Shown: positions 57,152-64,000 of the stretch, one piece after another
Layout: every line of letters begins with the position of its first letter
Position numbering within the stretch: the stretch's first letter is position 1
From: Candidatus Undinarchaeales archaeon
GTDB taxonomy: Archaea; SpSt-1190; JASMDC01
Length of the DNA: 64,000 nt
Assembly (NCBI GenBank): GCA_030753015.1
Contig: JASMDC010000004.1
Location: 84,046-148,045 of the forward strand
Reading direction: 5' to 3'
Program-made: the position numbers and the translations under genes
The notes under the pieces: generated by a model
What the model saw: only the letters and a program-made list of their open reading frames with translations
What the model was told of the DNA's origin: nothing
Database searches by the model: none

Positions 57152-57889
57152 ATGGAATCGTACGCCTTGGTGTTGGACTGGGACCAGACGCTTTCTCCAG
57201 ACTACATGCAGGTGCCGCTCCTCAAGCATATGGGAAAAGAGCCCGCCCAGTACTGGAAGCAGGTCAAGGAGTACGATAAGAAGTACGCTCACGGGGAGTC
57301 GTTCCTTCGCGTGTTCCTGGAGGAGCCCGAGTACCAGGGAATGACCCGCAATGACCTCGAAGAGGCCGCCCAGAAAGTGCCTTACTTCGACGGTGTCAAC
57401 GACTTCTTCCGCGACCTCAAGGCCTATGCCAAGGAGAAGGACATCGACCTCAAGATCTATATCGCTTCCACCGGCCATAAAGAGATGGTGGAGGCGTCCG
57501 AGCTCGGCAAGTACTTCGATGGCGTCTATGGAGCCGAGTTCACCTACAAGGGTGACAAACCCGTTGACGTAGCCTCCGTCCTCCCTCCCGAGGACAAGCC
57601 CGACGCGCTCAAGGACATCAGCGTCAAGGAAGGCATCCCTCTCGACAACTTCATCTACTTCGGTGACGGTTTCTCCGACCTCCCCGCGTTCCACCTCGTG
57701 AACGAGCACGGGGGCGCATCTGTATGCGTTGGTGAGAAGGAGGAGTACGGACGCCAGGCCACCTACTGGGAAAAGCCCGATTACACGAAGCTCACAGGTC
57801 TCGTCAAGGAGATCATCGAGAGCGATGCGAGCTCAAGGAAGACCGCTGAGCCCCCACAGTCGCTGCCCGTCGGCTACTTCATGATGTAG
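57152..57889 (+). CDS. HAD-superfamily hydrolase
   Basis: Motif I DWDQTL, motif II ASTG, motif IV GDGFSD. Confidence 0.88.
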   Translation: MESYALVLDWDQTLSPDYMQVPLLKHMGKEPAQYWKQVKEYDKKYAHGESFLRVFLEEPEYQGMTRNDLEEAAQKVPYFDGVNDFFRDLKAYAKEKDIDLKIYIASTGHKEMVEASELGKYFDGVYGAEFTYKGDKPVDVASVLPPEDKPDALKDISVKEGIPLDNFIYFGDGFSDLPAFHLVNEHGGASVCVGEKEEYGRQATYWEKPDYTKLTGLVKEIIESDASSRKTAEPPQSLPVGYFMM

Positions 57890-57973
57890 GAAGGTCTCGC
57901 CGGGACCCGGTTCATTCGATTCCCCGCGACGAAAGCAAACGTACTTAAGGCGGGATTCTGGCAGGGGATCGCT

Positions 57974-59011
57974 GTGCTCACAACTACCGACGGAGAGCAA
58001 GATCGCCCCTCCGCCAATCCCGTGCTCCCGAGCCTTGAGCCCGTCGTCCGGGATCTCCTGCACCTCTCTATCGACACGGATCGCATCCGCGAGGTGGCCC
58101 GTGGGCTCGACGATGAACAGCTCGGCACCCAGAAGGATGACTGGTGGCGGGGCCCGGTGTTCCTCGAGGAGGACTCGGAGCGCACTATCCAGTTCTTCAT
58201 GGTCGCCAACACGCTCAACTTCAAGTACTGGGACTCGGAGGACCCGAACAAGGTGTACGCCACGGAGTACAAGGGCACGACCTGGGACGGGGCCTACGGC
58301 ATGTTCGCCGCCCTGGTCCGAGCCCTAGATGAAGGACGGGACATCCTCGACGCCGAATACCTCGCCGGGCTCACCGACGAGGAGGCCGAGGACATCTTCC
58401 GCGGCACCGTCCCCATGCCCATGGTAAAGGAGCGCGCCGCCATCCTCCGGGAGACCGGCCAAGTGCTGCGGGACAAGTACCACGGCAGCTTCACCAACCT
58501 TATCGAACGATCCGGCCACCGTGCCTTCGATCAAGGGAACGGCATCGTGGACCGCCTTGCACGCGACTTTCCCTCCTACAGCGACACGAGCCTGTACGTG
58601 GACCGCGAAGTTGTATTCCACAAGCGAGCGCAGCTAGCTGTGGGCATGCTGTACAATCGTCTGAGGGACGGTGACTTGTTCAAGGTAGAGGACGTGGACG
58701 AGCTCACGGTATTCGCCGACTACCAGCTCCCCCGCGCACTGCGCTCCCTGGGCATTCTGAAGTACTCGGACGAGCTGGCCCAGAAGGTGGACGGGCGGGA
58801 GCTCATACCCCAGGACTCTCCCGAGGAGGTGGAGCTGCGGGCAGCCACGGTGTATGCTGCCGACCTGCTCCTGACGGAGGTCAACGCCGCCAGGGCTAAA
58901 GAGGGCAATGAGGCGGTGAGCGTGCTAAACATCGATTACTGTCTGTGGCTTGCTGGCCGGGACGCCCCAGAGGACCAGTACCACCACCTCACGGAGACCA
59001 CGGCGTACTAG
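57974..59011 (+). CDS. Queuosine salvage family protein (DUF2419/QNG1-like)
   Basis: NTLNFKYW, FPSYSD, FHKRAQL, LTVFADYQLPRALRSLGILKYS, EVELRA, IDYCLW, C-terminal HHLTETTAY. Confidence 0.85.
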   Translation: MLTTTDGEQDRPSANPVLPSLEPVVRDLLHLSIDTDRIREVARGLDDEQLGTQKDDWWRGPVFLEEDSERTIQFFMVANTLNFKYWDSEDPNKVYATEYKGTTWDGAYGMFAALVRALDEGRDILDAEYLAGLTDEEAEDIFRGTVPMPMVKERAAILRETGQVLRDKYHGSFTNLIERSGHRAFDQGNGIVDRLARDFPSYSDTSLYVDREVVFHKRAQLAVGMLYNRLRDGDLFKVEDVDELTVFADYQLPRALRSLGILKYSDELAQKVDGRELIPQDSPEEVELRAATVYAADLLLTEVNAARAKEGNEAVSVLNIDYCLWLAGRDAPEDQYHHLTETTAY

Positions 59012-59048
59012 GGGATCGAATCCCTATAAAGTAAGCTCAGTAGATGGT

Positions 59049-59843
59049 CTACTCATCCTCAAGCACGTGGTTCGTGTTGACGTAGGTGCCCTTTTCCAGG
59101 TCCGCCTCGATCTCGATCCAGCCCGTCTCGTCCAGCCGGCAGGTGCCGTTCTCCATCACAACTGAGGACCCACCGTTCTCGGTGAGATACATTCCACCAG
59201 ATCTGTTACCCCCGTTGGCGAAGAGCACCATCTTGGTACCTGTCCTGCGCATGATTGTGCGGAGGTTCCCCTCGAAGAGGTCCGGTGAGTTGGGCCAGTA
59301 GGCCGGTACGAGCATGACATCGGGATTGAAGTCCGCCACCTCGCTGTAGAGCGACTTCTCACGCCCTTTGCGCATGATGTGGTTGGTCTCGATGCAAATC
59401 GGTGTCGAATAGCGCACGCCGTCGAGCTCCATCCCCCCGTCCCATTCTTCAGGGGCTTTGAACACCTTGGTCTCGTTGGAGCCGGTGTAGAGCTTGAACT
59501 TGTCGTGGTGCCAGACCTCTTCGCCATCCTTGATGCAGACCAGCGAGTTATAGAGCCCCTCGTCATCCTGACGCGCTGTCCCAAGGAAGAGCGTGAGGTT
59601 CTTCTCTCGTGAGATGTCATAGACCTCTTTCGGGACCGGAGCGTTCTTCTCGAAATAGGGTCGTGCTACTTCGGGCGAGCGCTCGAACACACCGTCCTCG
59701 TACTGCATCACGAGCTCAGGTGTGAGCACAACCGCATCGGTCGGGAACCGCTCATCGTAGAGGATGTCCATAAGCTCCTCTCGTTCCGTGCAGTTCACGA
59801 CGACGTACCGTTCCATCCGGTCAATCATGCCAAGAAATCCCAT
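59049..59843 (-). CDS. Carbon-nitrogen hydrolase (nitrilase superfamily)
   Basis: E-K-C triad context TPEL, YNSLV..HDKFKL, PICIE, VPAYW. The true start may be ATG at 59816. Confidence 0.78.
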   Translation of the reverse strand: MGFLGMIDRMERYVVVNCTEREELMDILYDERFPTDAVVLTPELVMQYEDGVFERSPEVARPYFEKNAPVPKEVYDISREKNLTLFLGTARQDDEGLYNSLVCIKDGEEVWHHDKFKLYTGSNETKVFKAPEEWDGGMELDGVRYSTPICIETNHIMRKGREKSLYSEVADFNPDVMLVPAYWPNSPDLFEGNLRTIMRRTGTKMVLFANGGNRSGGMYLTENGGSSVVMENGTCRLDETGWIEIEADLEKGTYVNTNHVLEDE

Positions 59844-59919
59844 ACTTAAGCCTTGCCTTTCGGCGTCGACGTTCGTACTGGAACAAGGACCACATCGACA
59901 CTCTCCTTTCTAAGAGCAT

Positions 59920-59995
59920 AAAAAACAGCCCCGCCCGGGAAGGCGGGGAAAGGGGATATCCCATGCGGGGAAGCATGGGAAGGGGGTACGGAACA
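59920..59995 (-). ncRNA. Candidate small RNA with two UUCCC-loop hairpins and a poly-U end
   Basis: Minus strand: TATATATA (60018-60025), then UCCCAUGC-UUCCCC-GCAUGGGA, CCCCGCC-UUCCCG-GGCGGGG and UUUUUU. Confidence 0.45.
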
Positions 59996-60041
59996 AAGTT
60001 GTCACTAGGGGGTAGTGTATATATAGATTGTCTTGGGTGGA

Positions 60042-60896
60042 TTAATCCCGGGCTCTGCCCGTCATTGGCACGAACCGGACGTCGAGCACGTGCCGACTGG
60101 TCACCTTTCCGTCCTTCTTCTCGACAACGGTGAGGCTCTGATAGAGCCGTGGATCCCCTAGAGGAAGAACGATCATTCCCCCTTCAGCGAGCTGGGCCAC
60201 GAGGGAGGGCGGTACGTGGTCCACTGCACAGGTGATGATGATCGCGTCGTACGGAGCATGCTCGGCCCAGCCGTCGTACCCGTCCGCGTTGAGCACGTGG
60301 ACGTTGTCGTACCCCACGGCATCGAGCGTGGCCTGGGCCCGTTCTGCAAGCGCGTCGATGATCTCGATCGAGTAGACCTCCGGCACTATGGTCGCGAGGA
60401 CTGCGGCCTGGTAACCCGAACCCGTACCTATCTCAAGTACCTTCTCGTCCCCCTTCAACCGCATCTCCTCCGTCATGAGGGCGACGATATAGGGCTGGGA
60501 GATGGTCTGACCGTGACCGATAGGAACAGGGCGGTCCTCATATGCGTAATCGCGGACATCCCCGGGCATGAAGCGATGGCGGAGGACCGAGCGCATGGCG
60601 GCCAATGTCGCCGGATCGCTAACACCCCGTCGTTCAACGGTCTCGGTCACGAGCAAGTCGCGTTCCCGAGCATAGACCTGTTCCTGAGGGTCCTCGGTAG
60701 GCGAAGGGACAGGAGGCTGACCAAGCGTCGAGGACGGTGAAGTGGACTTCGCCGCGGGCTGTGGAGATGAGGTCGGCACCATGGGCGTGTCCCCCGGCAT
60801 GAGCACGATCCGCGAGGGCTCTTCCAGCAGATAGGGGAGCGAGAGAAGCACGAGCGTAACGGAAAGGGCCAAAACCATGAGCCTGTCCCCGTCCAT
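60042..60896 (-). CDS. pcm: Protein-L-isoaspartate O-methyltransferase with an N-terminal hydrophobic anchor
   Basis: GQTISQPYIVALM, VLEIGTGSGYQAAVL, APYDAII, VRFVPM. Confidence 0.92.
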   Translation of the reverse strand: MDGDRLMVLALSVTLVLLSLPYLLEEPSRIVLMPGDTPMVPTSSPQPAAKSTSPSSTLGQPPVPSPTEDPQEQVYARERDLLVTETVERRGVSDPATLAAMRSVLRHRFMPGDVRDYAYEDRPVPIGHGQTISQPYIVALMTEEMRLKGDEKVLEIGTGSGYQAAVLATIVPEVYSIEIIDALAERAQATLDAVGYDNVHVLNADGYDGWAEHAPYDAIIITCAVDHVPPSLVAQLAEGGMIVLPLGDPRLYQSLTVVEKKDGKVTSRHVLDVRFVPMTGRARD

Positions 60897-60933
60897 GGGG
60901 AAATCTAGGACGACAAGGTAGAAAAAGATAATG

Positions 60934-60959
60934 GAAGGGGCCCGTTACCGGACCCCTTC
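60934..60959 (-). terminator. Hairpin downstream of the M14 peptidase gene
   Basis: GAAGGGGCCCG-TTAC-CGGACCCCTTC, followed on the minus strand by CATTATCTTTTTC. Confidence 0.5.
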
Positions 60960-60970
60960 ATCCTAACGGT

Positions 60971-62380
60971 TCAGGCGCCGTAGCCGCTGAAGGGCCCGTC
61001 GACGTCCTCGTAGAGTCCGCTGTTGTCGGTGAGCCACTCGTGAACGGCCCGCATACCGCTCCTGACCGCTCGCACCGGGGCAGCAGCTATGCTCTCTACA
61101 CTCTCGAGGAAGGCACCCTTCTTACCAAGGACCTTGCCATCGATGATCTTGTCGATCTTCTCACCGCCGACGTCCTTGTAACCCTCGCTCTGGAGCTCAT
61201 TGAGGCCGGCCTCCATGCGGTCACGCTGCTCCTCGAAGGCGGGGGCTAACCGCACGTCCACGTAGGACTTGCCGAACCACGCGCCGTACACATCGATCTC
61301 GCCACCATCGCCACGGATTGTCTGGTAGGTGTACTTGCCCACGTGGTGGGTGCGGACCTCGTACTGGTCGAAGAACTTGCCGGCCAGTGCATCCACATCC
61401 TCCACCTTGCCCTTGAGGGAGCCCAGGCGCTCGGTGGCACTGTAGCCCATGTGGGCCATGATGCCGCCCTCGACGCCGGCCACCTGTCCGTCCACGCGGT
61501 AGGAGAGCGGGTTCTCAAAGGTCTCGAAGGTGTATCCCTCGGCCCCGTGCTCCCTGGCCCACATGGTGAACACAGATATGCCGAGCCCGTCGATGAGAGG
61601 GCCGACCTCGTAGATGGCCTCCTCCTTCTTCACTACCTGGTCGGGCTGAGGGATGAGGGGCAGGACGACCTTCTCGATGAACCCGTCGTGGTAGATGTCG
61701 AATCCGCGGTCGACCGAGTTGCGGGTGATGTTCTTGCCAACACCCACTTTACCTTCGGGCACATCCTGGATGACCATGACGCCCTGGGTGGCCATGAGCG
61801 GAGACGTGGGCCCGCTGCCCAAGCTCGAGACCGTCTCGTGGAGGTCGAACACGATGGTGGGCTTGAAGTCCTCCAGCACTCCCTGAGTGGCCCTGACCTC
61901 CTCGGACTTGGACTCCTCGTTGCGGCGTCCGTGGGTTCCGTTGATGTCGCTCCACCAGCGGCCCTTGTCCAGAGGCCACAGCTCGCCGTTGCCGTTCAGG
62001 TCAACGAACTTCCGGCCTTGGTGGTCATAACCCTGAGCATCGATGCACGGGACCACGGCGATGTATGCGTCCTCCAACAGGCGTTCCATCATGGGTGTCT
62101 GTGGATCGGCGATCTCCCGGAGGATCTCCAGGGTCGCTAGCGGTCCCGCGACCTCGCCACCGTGATGGCCTGCGGTGATGAAGATGCGCTTGTCGGAGTC
62201 GGGATTGCCCGCGTAGACCACGTGCATGTCCCGCTCGTCCGACTGGCCAATGATCTCGTGCTTGAGCCCCGGGTTGGAATCGAGGACCTCGTTGAGCCGC
62301 TGCTCGTAATCCTCATAGGTCTTGTTGTCGTGGAGGTCCTTGGCATCGGACTGGATGGCGAAGAGGTCGCGATCGCTCAT
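60971..62380 (-). CDS. M14-family zinc carboxypeptidase/deacylase with a C-terminal extension
   Basis: ITAGHHGGE (HxxE), VVPCID, DIN, FDLHET, YTFE. Confidence 0.78.
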   Translation of the reverse strand: MSDRDLFAIQSDAKDLHDNKTYEDYEQRLNEVLDSNPGLKHEIIGQSDERDMHVVYAGNPDSDKRIFITAGHHGGEVAGPLATLEILREIADPQTPMMERLLEDAYIAVVPCIDAQGYDHQGRKFVDLNGNGELWPLDKGRWWSDINGTHGRRNEESKSEEVRATQGVLEDFKPTIVFDLHETVSSLGSGPTSPLMATQGVMVIQDVPEGKVGVGKNITRNSVDRGFDIYHDGFIEKVVLPLIPQPDQVVKKEEAIYEVGPLIDGLGISVFTMWAREHGAEGYTFETFENPLSYRVDGQVAGVEGGIMAHMGYSATERLGSLKGKVEDVDALAGKFFDQYEVRTHHVGKYTYQTIRGDGGEIDVYGAWFGKSYVDVRLAPAFEEQRDRMEAGLNELQSEGYKDVGGEKIDKIIDGKVLGKKGAFLESVESIAAAPVRAVRSGMRAVHEWLTDNSGLYEDVDGPFSGYGA

Positions 62381-63855
62381 TCTTCATCCCTCCTTTCGAT
62401 GGTCATTATGCCTCTGTCCTGGTCGCTGACCTCCCATTGCTGGGCGAGCGCCATGCGATGGTACAGCGCGGTGAACGGAGCGAGGCCAACCTCGCTAGCG
62501 TCGTTGAACGCGTTGATATAGGCCTCTTCCTTCGTGTCGTACTTCAGCATCAGCTCCTCCATGTGCTCGAGCCCGGCGTGGTGCACCTGCTCGGCGCCCA
62601 CGATGCGCTCGTGAAGCTTGTCGACACCGGCGATGAGCTCCTTGGTGTGCTCTGCCATGCGCTTGTTCTTCTGCTTCTCGATGAGCTCGGTTGACGCGAT
62701 CATGTTACCGCCAATGGCTGCCTGGAAGGGCTCCAGGGCCGCCAGCCCACCGCTGAACACGCCGCTGATACCTCGGTAGAGGAAGAAGGCGCCAAGACCG
62801 TCCGAGAAGATCCTGCTGATTTTCCACCCCTTGGTGTATTGGGCCTCCTCGCTGTAGTGCTGGAGCGTCTTGCCCATCAGGATGGTGTCCTTGGCATAGT
62901 CGACGAAATGGGTGGTGATAGCGGACATCTGCTCGTCGCTCAGCTCGACGGGGCTGCGCACTGAGAGCTTGACATTCGCATCATCGCGGTCGTTTAGGAG
63001 GAAGTACATGTCGGGCGATTCGTCCACATAGACCGAGTAGCCCTCCTTCGTGGGCAGGAGATAGATGGGGACCTCACGTACGAGCTCATCCCGCTTTTCG
63101 GTTGATATATCGTCTGGTGCCTGATGGATTTCGAAGGTAGAGGTCTTCTTCTCGACGCCCAGATCGTAGTTACCGGTCACGAACTTCATGAAGCCTTGGC
63201 CGGCGTTCTTCATGGCCTCGAAGAAGCCCTTCTTCTCCCGGTTGGCTGTCTTGAACTTCTCGTGGTAGAACTCCTTGGCCTCGGTGAACTCGAGTCGTCC
63301 AGCCTCCTCTTCCATGGCCTGGTAGATCTCCTTCTCGGTGCCATGAAGGCCGTCGAAGTACTCACCTAGACCCTCGACCTTTTCCCTGAGCGCGGCGTCC
63401 TCGCCGTCAATCGCTTCAAGGCCCAGTGTGATGTCCTCGGCGATCTGCTTGCGCTCGTCACACCCCTTGAGGTCCTTCGTGAGATACTTGTAGCCCCCGT
63501 AGAGGTCGCGAGCGCCCCAGTAGCCCATGAGCGGTGACTTCGTCAGAATGGCAAGCCCACCAAAAAGGGCGCCACCAATGAACGATTTGATCGCTGGGAG
63601 CTTACCCATGTGGCCCACGACATCGGCCTTGAGCGCCTCGTTCCCGAAACCCTTAGCTGCGTACTCCTTACAATCCGCCAGCTCGCCATCGCTCAGGTCC
63701 TTGTAGGAGTACACCTCAAGATCCAGGTCGATTGAGCCGCCATCAGAGTACCCCTGGACCTCTCGGATGACGTTGTCCGCATTTAGCGGGACGTACATCT
63801 CAGGTCCCTCGATAGTCGGCAAACAGTAACCAACAATATTACCTTCGATATCCAT
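62377..63855 (-). CDS. Hypothetical protein with an internal two-fold repeat and Gly-rich hydrophobic segments
   Basis: 492-aa ORF with upstream BRE/TATA GAAAACCTTATATA (about 63894-63907); ATGA overlap with the M14 gene. Confidence 0.72.
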   Translation of the reverse strand: MDIEGNIVGYCLPTIEGPEMYVPLNADNVIREVQGYSDGGSIDLDLEVYSYKDLSDGELADCKEYAAKGFGNEALKADVVGHMGKLPAIKSFIGGALFGGLAILTKSPLMGYWGARDLYGGYKYLTKDLKGCDERKQIAEDITLGLEAIDGEDAALREKVEGLGEYFDGLHGTEKEIYQAMEEEAGRLEFTEAKEFYHEKFKTANREKKGFFEAMKNAGQGFMKFVTGNYDLGVEKKTSTFEIHQAPDDISTEKRDELVREVPIYLLPTKEGYSVYVDESPDMYFLLNDRDDANVKLSVRSPVELSDEQMSAITTHFVDYAKDTILMGKTLQHYSEEAQYTKGWKISRIFSDGLGAFFLYRGISGVFSGGLAALEPFQAAIGGNMIASTELIEKQKNKRMAEHTKELIAGVDKLHERIVGAEQVHHAGLEHMEELMLKYDTKEEAYINAFNDASEVGLAPFTALYHRMALAQQWEVSDQDRGIMTIERRDEE

Positions 63856-64000
63856 GACTAAATCCCCTTGGCGGATTCGAGCAGGACAGGCCGTATATAA
63901 GGTTTTCTCTTACGGATACGGGGTGTAGAGTCCGGATATTTTTTCGCTCGAGCTTTCCTGGACTCTTGTCGCAAATAACCATGTAGTTCAGTCCTCCCTT

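Overview
GC-rich prokaryotic window that looks archaeal: TATA/BRE-type promoters (GAAANNTTTATATA), GGAGGTGA ribosome-binding sites, the Ahb heme pathway, HdrABC and Lrp/AsnC regulators. The lineage cannot be determined from the sequence alone. From left to right it contains: (1) hdrA (partial), hdrB and hdrC downstream of a Tat-exported tetrathionate-reductase-like operon (ttrB-ttrC-ttrA-torD-moeA-tatA); (2) class III ribonucleotide reductase nrdDG; (3) a decayed IS200/IS605 tnpB/omegaRNA remnant; (4) an operon of a split glutamate synthase (tandem FMN-domain subunit, then GATase-GXGXG subunit) translationally coupled to a bifurcating-type EtfBA, with no gltD; (5) an Fe3+ ABC transporter and an Fe-S / O2-NO stress cluster; (6) a Cys-rich-repeat membrane protein; (7) a 13-kb operon for a Tat-exported NXR/NAR-like molybdoenzyme with two heme-b gamma subunits, two CuA cupredoxins (one fused to a NapH-like protein), SCO and ahbABCD, flanked by menA, MOSC, mobA and fdhD; (8) orphan genes sharing a 20-bp palindromic operator, a queuosine-salvage homolog, a candidate C-rich-loop sRNA and an M14 peptidase operon. 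The strongest novelty candidates are the ETF-coupled glutamate synthase and the NXR/NAR-like module wired through CuA with no c-type cytochrome. All product calls come from motif recognition, not database searches.
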